DNA from: Alphaproteobacteria bacterium
GTDB taxonomy: Bacteria > Pseudomonadota > Alphaproteobacteria > JBCCNR01
Length of the DNA stretch: 45,373 bases
Assembly: GCA_047627635.1 (NCBI GenBank)
Contig: JBLHTX010000002.1
Span: 1-45,373 of the forward strand
Direction of reading: 5' to 3'
Shown here: positions 27,860 through 36,523 of the stretch, piece by piece
How positions within the stretch are numbered: position 1 is the stretch's first letter
Layout of the letters: each line of letters opens with the position of its first letter
The notes under the pieces: model-generated
What the model was told of the DNA's origin: nothing
The model's database searches: none
Seen by the model: only the letters and a program-made list of their open reading frames with translations
Translations under genes and position numbers: made by a program

Positions 27860-29893
27860 ATGTCTCTTTATAACGGTTTTCCGGCGTTGGCCGCAACAAA
27901 TTATCAGCCTTTTATTAATCGAAGGCCCTCGCAGAGTAATTCTTATCCTTACGCAAGCTATTCGCCTTATGCATATCCTACGCCGCTTGTTTTAAATGCA
28001 TATCCCAATACATTATCAACCAATTTACCAACAGATTTATTTCCAGATTTTTCTGCCCTTGCTATTGACCCTGCAACCTTACCGATTATTCCAGAAGATG
28101 TATTTGAGACACCAAAGCAGCCCGATAATAGTCAGCATGATTTAAACCCCCATAATGCTTTTTCATATCATAGACCAGATGAAGAGAAATATGGCAATTC
28201 GAATGCCAGTTTAAATTTTCCAACAAATATGTCGCGTCACTTCATGAGTCAATTATTTACCGATCCCCTCAATTATCAATATATTTTACCTGATGGTCGT
28301 ATTGGTGAGTTACCAATTGTACCCGCAATACCCGAAGATTCGGATTATATCAGCCCTCAAGATGCTAATAAAATTATTTATGATGCTAAAAAAGCCCGTG
28401 GTGATGAAGTTGTTACAGATATTTTAGGACGTGAATATACGCCTGATAAAGTTTTTAATCTTACAGATTCCCAAGATTATGTTGATGAAAGTCTGCGTGG
28501 ACAAGTAGAAGATTTTTTACGATATAATTTGCTTGATCCCACAACAAATAGCGACGAAGACATTAAAGTTGTGCAAAATTTATATGAAGATTTTATCAAT
28601 GATCCCGATCTTAAAGATAGTTTTTCAGGGCTACCAGCTGATATATTTATCAGTGATGTTTTAGGGAGCAATACAGGTCTTGTGTCACCCTTGGCACGTG
28701 CAGGTAATCCGATGATTGATAATCAACCTAATATTTCTAATTATATAACACAATTCATGCAGGATTCGACACAAACGCCCGAGAGAATAATTGCACAGCC
28801 CAAGCTGAGTGAGTTTAATATAATGAATACACCAATTGATCGCTTATGGGATAGTATAAGACAAAGAAATACAACTGTGGATCTACGAAACTTAACCCAG
28901 CCATCCAAGATCAGTCATAATATTAATAATGTACAGCCTTTAAGGTTTACACAATTTGATACGCCAGAAATATCAAATACACCAGATACATCAGACACGC
29001 AATTTAACATCTCAATGCAAATAGACCTATTAGTAGATGAAGAAGAAAAAATCTTTAAACTAATAGAAGATCAAACGCAAATATTATTATTAATAGATGA
29101 AGGAAAAAAAACACTACAAGGAACAGAAGATAATTCGAAAGCAATGCTATTAATGGACGCAGATATAAAAGTCCTAAAAGCAATAGAGGAACAAAAGCGA
29201 ATGGCATTTTTAATAGATGCAGAAATACAAGCACTACAAGCAATGCAAAATTCAATCCCAATAATACCATCAAAAAATATACAAGAAGAAATACAGAACC
29301 AGACATCAGCCCAAAGAGTCCGTTTGCTACAGGATATTTTACAAAGGAATCCACTAAGTCAATCAAATGAGCAACCCTCTACTTCCCCTTTGCTGGATCG
29401 TTTTGATGAGAATTTTAATAAATTTCCGCTCAATATTGAAACGCCACCCGATAATCCGCTTGCTTATCCCTTTAATGTAAGTGAATATAATGATTACACA
29501 GGAACGGAACGTGGCGAATGGTATCACATGATGCAATATTTACAGGAATCACTTGCTGAAATCACCAAAGTAAAAGTGCCGTTCATTGGCTTTGATGGCA
29601 AACCTGTCGATCAACAGTTTGCTTCGCCAGAATTAACAGGTAATGTACCCGTATTCGACCCCGTTTCTGAAGGCTATAGCTGGATGAACACATCTCCTTA
29701 TTATCAAGATTATATAGAACAACATATAGAAGGCGAGCATGGCGGAATCCATGATGTCTTTACCCCAAGAGGCTTTCATCCAAGCGACTTTTTTTCAGGA
29801 GGTGAAGTTTTTACAGGTGAAACATTATCGCCAACGCCTGTCTATCAATCCAAAGATTTTATTTCGCCAATCAATAACGGGCATCAGCATTAA
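27860..29893 (+). CDS. Hypothetical 677-aa protein (orphan) with a P/Y-rich N-terminus and four tandem repeats of about 20 aa
   Basis: Long intact ORF. No signal peptide, TM segment or SD sequence. Repeats of the form Q...LL(I/M/V)D(E/A)..K.L....E(D/E) span residues 387-464. Confidence 0.5.
   Translation: MSLYNGFPALAATNYQPFINRRPSQSNSYPYASYSPYAYPTPLVLNAYPNTLSTNLPTDLFPDFSALAIDPATLPIIPEDVFETPKQPDNSQHDLNPHNAFSYHRPDEEKYGNSNASLNFPTNMSRHFMSQLFTDPLNYQYILPDGRIGELPIVPAIPEDSDYISPQDANKIIYDAKKARGDEVVTDILGREYTPDKVFNLTDSQDYVDESLRGQVEDFLRYNLLDPTTNSDEDIKVVQNLYEDFINDPDLKDSFSGLPADIFISDVLGSNTGLVSPLARAGNPMIDNQPNISNYITQFMQDSTQTPERIIAQPKLSEFNIMNTPIDRLWDSIRQRNTTVDLRNLTQPSKISHNINNVQPLRFTQFDTPEISNTPDTSDTQFNISMQIDLLVDEEEKIFKLIEDQTQILLLIDEGKKTLQGTEDNSKAMLLMDADIKVLKAIEEQKRMAFLIDAEIQALQAMQNSIPIIPSKNIQEEIQNQTSAQRVRLLQDILQRNPLSQSNEQPSTSPLLDRFDENFNKFPLNIETPPDNPLAYPFNVSEYNDYTGTERGEWYHMMQYLQESLAEITKVKVPFIGFDGKPVDQQFASPELTGNVPVFDPVSEGYSWMNTSPYYQDYIEQHIEGEHGGIHDVFTPRGFHPSDFFSGGEVFTGETLSPTPVYQSKDFISPINNGHQH
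29018..29251 (+). repeat. Four tandem coding repeats of 54-60 nt within the 677-aa orphan
   Basis: QIDLLVDEEEKIFKLIED / QTQILLLIDEGKKTLQGTED / NSKAMLLMDADIKVLKAIEE / QKRMAFLIDAEIQALQAMQN, read from the translation and the DNA. Confidence 0.8.
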
Positions 29894-29897
29894 GGGA

Positions 29898-30497
29898 TTA
29901 TAAAATTTTAAGCCCTGTTGGCAAACAAAGCCGTGCAATACGGGTATATAGTTCATAAGCATAAGCCCGTTCAAGATATAAAAACACGGTATCGTGACTA
30001 TTAAGATGGCAGATCATATTCGTTGAATCCATGGGCACTAATGCACAATGATTAATATGTGTGGGCAAGCATGATAAATCTGCAATAATGTTAGAAAGCA
30101 TATTATAAATATAATACCCATCTAATCTTAGAACTGTCAAAGCGGCTGTTTCATCGTAAATCGCTACATAATTATAAAGATTATAATTGAGACGCTCATA
30201 CAAAACACCTCGAGCCTCTCCCTCGGTGGTTATAATAAAAGTTGTCTCATTAAGGCGTAAAATTTTACGAGTTCCAGAAATATAAACTTTATTAATTTCT
30301 GGAATAATAACCCCTAAAAGTGATTTTAAAATTGGAGCAATATGATGAACATCATCGGGTGTATATAGGATAATTTTTGCAACAGAAATATCTTTTTGAT
30401 GTGATAAAGTATAACGGGCTTTATGCTCTTTTAATGAGCCATAAGTACCTGCTTTAACAAGATTATCAATCGGTGAGCATATGGCAAGATAAGACAT
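29898..30497 (-). CDS. SoxG-like (sarcosine oxidase gamma / GcvT-fold) protein, highly diverged
   Basis: 199 aa, starts 1 nt after the soxA-like stop. Pattern CSPID...LRLNETTFII...AIYDETAALTVLRLDGYYIYNMLS...DLS...CAL...FLYLERAYAYELYTRI parallels the SoxG layout. Similarity is weak and judged by eye. Confidence 0.5.
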   Translation of the reverse strand: MSYLAICSPIDNLVKAGTYGSLKEHKARYTLSHQKDISVAKIILYTPDDVHHIAPILKSLLGVIIPEINKVYISGTRKILRLNETTFIITTEGEARGVLYERLNYNLYNYVAIYDETAALTVLRLDGYYIYNMLSNIIADLSCLPTHINHCALVPMDSTNMICHLNSHDTVFLYLERAYAYELYTRIARLCLPTGLKIL

Positions 30498-30498
30498 A

Positions 30499-33375
30499 CT
30501 AAGCGACCTCTTGAATTTTTGACATTTTATCTGAGATAATTTTAACTTGCATCTTACGCTTCTTATCTTTGCTTAGGACTGAAACAATTTTATTTTCCCA
30601 TTGTGTAAAGTCACCCTTTAATAAGGTTGGCACAACATATTGATCGTGATAGGGGCTGAAGATTTTTGTCGATAACAAAATACCTTCTGGATTTTCATTG
30701 TGATGGGATATTTTATCTTGGTGGACTGTTCCGCCTTCAAGTGACGTTTCTTGAACTGCAAGCGCAATCGCAAGTGCTTGAGTTGTGAATAATTCTTGAT
30801 GTTGCTTCATAATATCACAATCGAAGGGTTTATCAAAAATAGCCCCAGCCTCAAGAGCAATCATGTTGTAAATTGGCTCGGAGAAAGGGGGCAACTGAAA
30901 CTGTTCCTGTGTTAGCTTATGATAAAAAGCGGCTGCAGCATCACTACTAATTAATAAATCAATATGGGGGATGTCATAGCGTTCATAATGTGCAAAGCGT
31001 AATTGTATGTTTTCAATCCATAAATTAGGCGTATTTTTAGGGATTGATACAAGCTTCATTTTAATAAGTGTTTCAAAGACAGATTGTGCTTGTGCCCCAA
31101 CAAGTTGGATATATGACCAGCTTTGATGAATGGCGTTCAAGATAACTCTAAGCTGACGATTTGTGTTATAAAAACTTTGTATTGATTGCGTGGTTTTTGC
31201 CGTTTTCGGTGTTATTAAGCAAAATTTATGCGTGCCACATCGTATTATTAAAGGTGGATTTTTGTGCCGTTCGTTATTAATAAAATAATGCTTACCAACC
31301 TCGACTGTTTTGAGTGTGCTTGACTCATCTATGTTATCGAGAAATTTTTCAAGAAAATCAAGACTATCAGGCCCTGAAATATCAAAAATATCATAATTAT
31401 TGAAGCTACGAATGCCAGCACTAGACTTTATTGTATTATAATAATTATGAATTTGTGATGCTTGCATAGCACAATCAGGTGTAATGATATTATCAAATTT
31501 ATCCATTTGATGTATTTCATAATAAGGGGCAATATGCGGTTTAGGAAAACTAGCAACAGAAATATTATTCATGATGCTGTCGGTATCTGAAAAACTAATT
31601 TTAGCCAATCGGAGGATAATTTTTTGATAAAAATTGTGAATATCTTGAGGCTTTAAGTTGTAAATATTTTGTATTTGAAGCAATAAAACACGAATAGACC
31701 AATGATTATTGCAAAAATTATGATCTTGTTTAAGGGTATCTAGGATTGCTTCTGGTGTATCATGTTGATATAAAAGCTGAATAAAATCATTATAATAGAT
31801 ATTTTGAGGAAATATAATGTTTTCCTTGGAACATAAGCGATGTACGTCATAAATTTCAGGACATGACCAATTTATTTTACTACTAATGTCAGTATCACAG
31901 GCTGAATCTGGTTCATTATTTTTTTGCAAGTTTAGTTCTTTTACAAAATCATGACACAGGTCAGACATTGAAATCGTGTCTTGTTTTGCCCCCTGATTAT
32001 GACATAAATCATATCCCATCATTGTAATTTGATCGGAAAATATATTTTTAAAATCAGGCTTTAGAGCGATTTTTTCTACGGATGACACGGTTGTTTTAAT
32101 AGTTTCAGGAATACTATTTAAAAGGGAAACATCTAAGTCATAGCCCGATGAATGGAGTAATAAGCTACATTCTATTGACTTTACAAGCCCCTCTTTGTTG
32201 CCTGAAATAGACTGAAATGTAATGCTTTCGATGCTTGTTTTACCACTTGCTTGTGTGACAACATAGCCTGCATATAGTTTGTAACCCGCTTTTTCAGCAT
32301 TAATCATGGCAGGTGATTTGACAGGGCGTATATCAATAATTGCATTTACGTTGCTTGGTGTAATTTCACCAAGAGATAAAACATCGTATGCCATATCGTT
32401 GGACACGTAAAGAGTCATATTTTTATTGGGTATTAAGCCAAATTTCAAATATAAATTAATATATTCACGACAGCCCATAATTGCGGATAATTGGTGCCCT
32501 TGAAATAAAAAGCCCATTTCCTGTAAATTAGGAGAAAATACTATTTTTCTTGCATTCAGTACTAATAGCTGAAGATTTTGATGATTGTGATGTGTATTTG
32601 GCATATTATCGCCATAGCTATAGGCACGATTAAGGGCAATAATTTGACCCTTCGCCCCTTTTTTATCATGATGTAATGCAAGATCATTTACATTAAGAAT
32701 TTTGATATTAGGATGACTATCAATTTTATTTTTCAAATTTTGTGATAATATTTGTAGTTCTAATTGATTGAATATGTGCCATGCATCATCTTTTTGTGTA
32801 TGACACATGATGACTTGTAGACCCATATTTGCATATATTAACGCAGCTTGACGGGCAAAAATATTGGTACTGGTAAAAATAACATCAGTATGAAAATATG
32901 ATTTTTCTATGTTGAAAATCATATTAGAAGTCATTTTTTTTACGGCTTCGGATGTTTGATTGGGATTGATTATGGTATTGGTAATATCATGTGCATGTAT
33001 GGGATAGATTGCCTCTGGGATGGCTATGTGGGGTGATAATATTTTTGATAATGCGCGTATTTTATCTTGAATACGGGGCTTATTGGTTTGGGTAAGCTTG
33101 AGACCATCGACCATTGAAAAATCACGCATGGCTACTGAATATTGTCCGTTATCGGTGCAAATATCTGTAATGGCGTGATAAAGATTAGAAGCAGATGCAA
33201 GAATATGCCCTGTTTTTGATCGCCCATGATTAAAAATATTATTGGCAAGAAAAGCAGATTCAAGTGTGTCGCCAGCAAGTGCAGAATAAGTTTTACCATC
33301 AAAGGTAAATTTTATAGCCGTATCAGGCTTATTGAGGCTGCCCCCCTGGCTTAATCGTTTAAAAATACGATTCAT
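30499..33375 (-). CDS. SoxA-like (sarcosine oxidase alpha family) protein, highly diverged, lacking dinucleotide-binding motifs
   Basis: RLSQGGSLNKPDTAIKFTFDGKTYSALAGDTLESAFLANN matches the SoxA N-terminus. NMTLYVSNDMAYDVLSLGE...NAIIDIRP matches the second SoxA Rossmann-like region. The C-terminus is GcvT-like (NMIALEAGAIFDKPFD). I prefer the ATG at 33375 (GGAG 10 nt upstream) over the track's TTG at 33471. Confidence 0.65.
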   Translation of the reverse strand: MNRIFKRLSQGGSLNKPDTAIKFTFDGKTYSALAGDTLESAFLANNIFNHGRSKTGHILASASNLYHAITDICTDNGQYSVAMRDFSMVDGLKLTQTNKPRIQDKIRALSKILSPHIAIPEAIYPIHAHDITNTIINPNQTSEAVKKMTSNMIFNIEKSYFHTDVIFTSTNIFARQAALIYANMGLQVIMCHTQKDDAWHIFNQLELQILSQNLKNKIDSHPNIKILNVNDLALHHDKKGAKGQIIALNRAYSYGDNMPNTHHNHQNLQLLVLNARKIVFSPNLQEMGFLFQGHQLSAIMGCREYINLYLKFGLIPNKNMTLYVSNDMAYDVLSLGEITPSNVNAIIDIRPVKSPAMINAEKAGYKLYAGYVVTQASGKTSIESITFQSISGNKEGLVKSIECSLLLHSSGYDLDVSLLNSIPETIKTTVSSVEKIALKPDFKNIFSDQITMMGYDLCHNQGAKQDTISMSDLCHDFVKELNLQKNNEPDSACDTDISSKINWSCPEIYDVHRLCSKENIIFPQNIYYNDFIQLLYQHDTPEAILDTLKQDHNFCNNHWSIRVLLLQIQNIYNLKPQDIHNFYQKIILRLAKISFSDTDSIMNNISVASFPKPHIAPYYEIHQMDKFDNIITPDCAMQASQIHNYYNTIKSSAGIRSFNNYDIFDISGPDSLDFLEKFLDNIDESSTLKTVEVGKHYFINNERHKNPPLIIRCGTHKFCLITPKTAKTTQSIQSFYNTNRQLRVILNAIHQSWSYIQLVGAQAQSVFETLIKMKLVSIPKNTPNLWIENIQLRFAHYERYDIPHIDLLISSDAAAAFYHKLTQEQFQLPPFSEPIYNMIALEAGAIFDKPFDCDIMKQHQELFTTQALAIALAVQETSLEGGTVHQDKISHHNENPEGILLSTKIFSPYHDQYVVPTLLKGDFTQWENKIVSVLSKDKKRKMQVKIISDKMSKIQEVA

Positions 33376-33521
33376 TGTTGATTCTCCACTGGCATACCTT
33401 ATTGGCAAACCTTTTGCAATTTGTCGATATATAAGCTTTGTTATTGTGGAATAGTAACCCTTATACGTCAATAGCTTGTTTTAACTTTTGCTGACATTAG
33501 CACATAATTTTCTAAAATATC

Positions 33522-33536
33522 GATAAAAATTTTATC
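33522..33536. promoter_or_regulatory. 7-1-7 inverted repeat GATAAAA-a-TTTTATC (Fur-box-like) in a divergent promoter region
   Basis: Perfect palindrome read directly. It lies 104 nt upstream of the iron SBP start. It resembles the Fur 7-1-7 architecture, but the sequence is AT-only. Confidence 0.25.
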
Positions 33537-33639
33537 TTACTATGAATTTAATTGCAAAAGATTCGCATTATGCTAGTGTGCGAGGCTAAGATAAAGCATT
33601 TTTGTATCAAGTTTTAATATTTCACACGGTATCATTTAT

Positions 33640-34707
33640 ATGTCACGAATCAAAAGTTTATTCTCTATTGCTTCTCTTGCTGCATTGTCAGTAATTATGC
33701 TTGTGGGTTGTAACGAAGATAGACCTCAAGAAGCACAAGAGAAAACAACAACAGAACAGCAAGAAAAAAAACAAAAACAGCAAGTAAATGTTTATTCTGC
33801 ACGATTACCTGATTTGATTGAGCCAATTTTTAGCGTCTTTACCAAGAAAACAGGCATTAAGGTTAATTTTATTTTCCTTAAGCAAGGCATTCTTGAGCGG
33901 TTAAAATCTGAAGGCGAATTTACGCCTGCCGATCTTGTTTTGGTCTCAGATATTGGCAGTATTCACGATATTGTTAATGCCAAGCTGGTGAGACCGATAA
34001 AAAGTGAGATTGTCACAAAAAATATTCCTGAACATTATCGTTCGAGTAAAAATTTATGGGTTGGGTTAACGGGCCGTATTCGTATGCTTGTGCGTACGTC
34101 AAAAAAATTACCGATTAATATTACAGGCTATGATGCCCTTAGTGATCCTGCCATGAAGGGGCGTGTGTGCACACGCTCGCTCACGCATCCCTATAATGTT
34201 TCATTGGTCGCAAGTTACCTTAATGAGCACACAACCGAGGAAACGCAAATATGGTTAAAAGGGTTTTATGAGAATTTATTTGATAAACCATCGGGCAATG
34301 ATAGTGGTCAAATTGATTTAATTGCTTCTGGCCTGTGCGATCTTGCACCTATTAATCATTATTACTATGAGCGTATGCTGAAAGTCGATAAGAAACTGCC
34401 GACAAAGGCCCGCCTTGTATCCCTGGAGGACATGACAGATGGTATTTATGCTAATGTTTCAGGCATTATGCTATCGAAATATGCACAAAATACCGATAAT
34501 GCCCTCAAGCTAATTGAATTTATGACCAAGCAAACAGCGCAAAAAATATTTGCTGAGCATGATCTTGAATTTCCATTAAATCCCCATGTTGCAGCAAAAT
34601 CTGAAATTTTTAAATCAGGTACCGATAATATTGCCTCTATTCCACTTGATGAAATTGCTGAAAATCGTCAAGAAGCCCTAGAGTTAATTTATAAAATCCA
34701 AAAATAA
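33640..34707 (+). CDS. Fe(3+) ABC-transporter substrate-binding lipoprotein (FbpA/AfuA-like)
   Basis: Lipobox MLVGC. VNVYSARLPDLIEPIFSVFTKKTGIKVNF...PADLVLVSD...WVGLTGRIR pattern of ferric-binding proteins. Confidence 0.75.
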   Translation: MSRIKSLFSIASLAALSVIMLVGCNEDRPQEAQEKTTTEQQEKKQKQQVNVYSARLPDLIEPIFSVFTKKTGIKVNFIFLKQGILERLKSEGEFTPADLVLVSDIGSIHDIVNAKLVRPIKSEIVTKNIPEHYRSSKNLWVGLTGRIRMLVRTSKKLPINITGYDALSDPAMKGRVCTRSLTHPYNVSLVASYLNEHTTEETQIWLKGFYENLFDKPSGNDSGQIDLIASGLCDLAPINHYYYERMLKVDKKLPTKARLVSLEDMTDGIYANVSGIMLSKYAQNTDNALKLIEFMTKQTAQKIFAEHDLEFPLNPHVAAKSEIFKSGTDNIASIPLDEIAENRQEALELIYKIQK

Positions 34708-34710
34708 CTT

Positions 34711-36060
34711 TTAATCAATGGCATAAAGTAGAGTGGCTTGAAAACCACCTAGTTTTTGTGAAGCGGCAGGAATGACATCACCGCCTTTATCACGGGCAAT
34801 GTTACGGATTATAGATAGACCAAGCCCCAAATGCTCGCCATGATTATGAGATAAAGTCCGAGAAACATTGTCAGAATAAAATGGATCAAAGATTTTCTCG
34901 TAATTTTCGACAGCAACGCCAGTGCCATTATCTTCAATGATGCATTTAACAAAGCGACCATGTTTATTATGAGATATTGATAATGTCAGTATAATAATTG
35001 TGCCATAGCGTTGTGCATTAGAGAGTAAATTAAGAATACAGCGTATAAAGCCATGTTTGCGAATTAAAGTGTTACCCTGAAGATTGCCCTGAACATCACA
35101 GTGTAATGTGCATTGAATATGATGTTTAACATGTCGCCCAATCAGCGTATCAAGTTCCTCTTTGATATTAACAAGGGTCAAGGCTTCATCTTTGATTGCA
35201 TTAATAAAGTTTAGATAAGAATCAAGAATAGCAGCCATGTGGTTGACATCGGATTTTAAATTATCTACGGCTTCATCGGGCGGCATTAGGGATAATTCAA
35301 GTTTTAATCGGGTTAAAACTGTACGCAAATCGTGACTAACGCCCGCAAGCATCATGGTGCGTTCATTGATAAATGTATTAAGGCGACGACGCATTTTAAT
35401 AAATTCAAACCCCGCACGCCTAATTTCAATCGCACCCGATGAGTGAAAAGAAAAATCATCATCACCATGGCCAAATGCCTCAAGTGCTTGTGATAAATGT
35501 AAGATTGGGCGTATTTGATTTTTTAAAAATAATGCAGCAATGAATGCCATTATAATGGCAGTCACCAATGACCAAACAGGTAAAAAATGCCACTTACCAC
35601 TTAAAAATTCTTTGCCGTAAGCCTTTAAAACAAGTTCTTGGGCTTGATTAAACGGAATGATAATGAGGTAGGTTTGATTTTGTTGATGTTCGCATATTTG
35701 AGCATTCGGCTCGTAGCGTCTAAAAAAAAATGTGAATTGCTTGATAATATACGAGTTTAAGTTACATGATTTGGTTTTGTCAGGTGATATATCTTGTAAA
35801 TGATATTGCCGACCAAGCGATAATGAGAAATCTTGTAAAAAGGAAATGTCTTGTTTTTTTTCAAAACTTGTTCGCACATAACTAATTTCCGAGGCAATAC
35901 GCCGGGCCGAAGATTGCAAACGATCTTCAATATGATATTCATAAAACACATAACCCATAACCGCTTGAAGCACAATTAAGGGCGTAAGCAAAATCAGCAT
36001 GCTTCTTCCTAGAAGACTTTTAGGAAGAAACTTTGCAATGACATTAAAGACCTTAAGCAT
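34711..36060 (-). CDS. EnvZ-like membrane sensor histidine kinase
   Basis: Two TM segments, a HAMP-like linker, H-box MLAGVSHDLRTVLTRL, N-box LLSNAQRYG, G1 DNGTGV, G2 GLGLSI. Confidence 0.8.
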   Translation of the reverse strand: MLKVFNVIAKFLPKSLLGRSMLILLTPLIVLQAVMGYVFYEYHIEDRLQSSARRIASEISYVRTSFEKKQDISFLQDFSLSLGRQYHLQDISPDKTKSCNLNSYIIKQFTFFFRRYEPNAQICEHQQNQTYLIIIPFNQAQELVLKAYGKEFLSGKWHFLPVWSLVTAIIMAFIAALFLKNQIRPILHLSQALEAFGHGDDDFSFHSSGAIEIRRAGFEFIKMRRRLNTFINERTMMLAGVSHDLRTVLTRLKLELSLMPPDEAVDNLKSDVNHMAAILDSYLNFINAIKDEALTLVNIKEELDTLIGRHVKHHIQCTLHCDVQGNLQGNTLIRKHGFIRCILNLLSNAQRYGTIIILTLSISHNKHGRFVKCIIEDNGTGVAVENYEKIFDPFYSDNVSRTLSHNHGEHLGLGLSIIRNIARDKGGDVIPAASQKLGGFQATLLYAID

Positions 36061-36077
36061 ATTAAGTGCCTTAAATT

Positions 36078-36440
36078 TTAGGCTGCATCATAAGCAACAA
36101 TTGGGATGTTTTTATGAATCCATCCGTCACCCTGAGGCCCGCCATTCATGCCTTCAGCGACATCAAAAACAAAATCATAACCCTGATCGTGCAAGGCTTG
36201 GCAAACCCGTGCGGAACGACCACCAGCCGCACAAATAATGCCGATTGGTTTTGTTGTATCATTGGCTGTTAGGTCTTGTAATTTTTTTAAAAAATCAGCA
36301 TCATCCATTGTCAGTGCAACAGCCCCTTTGCCAATGCCCGTGGCTTGCCACTCGTCAATGCGTCTGATATCGATTAATAATAATGTATTATTTTGGGCTT
36401 TTTCAAATGCTTGCTCGGATGTTAAAGTACGATCTTTCAT
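36078..36440 (-). CDS. Single-domain rhodanese-like sulfurtransferase
   Basis: 120 aa, active-site loop CAAGGRS, LLIDIRRIDEW. Confidence 0.8.
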   Translation of the reverse strand: MKDRTLTSEQAFEKAQNNTLLLIDIRRIDEWQATGIGKGAVALTMDDADFLKKLQDLTANDTTKPIGIICAAGGRSARVCQALHDQGYDFVFDVAEGMNGGPQGDGWIHKNIPIVAYDAA

Positions 36441-36523
36441 AAGAATATTTCCTTTTGTGTTTACAGAATATGTTTGAAAACCAATATATGCATATCATAT
36501 TTTGGCGATTGCTTCAATTTTGA

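Noticed and set aside
33376-33471. TTG-initiated 32-codon N-terminal extension of the soxA-like ORF
   Set aside because: There is no SD sequence upstream of the TTG. The internal ATG at 33375 has GGAG at the proper distance, and SoxA-like similarity starts right after it. The extension is kept as a possibility, not as the preferred call.
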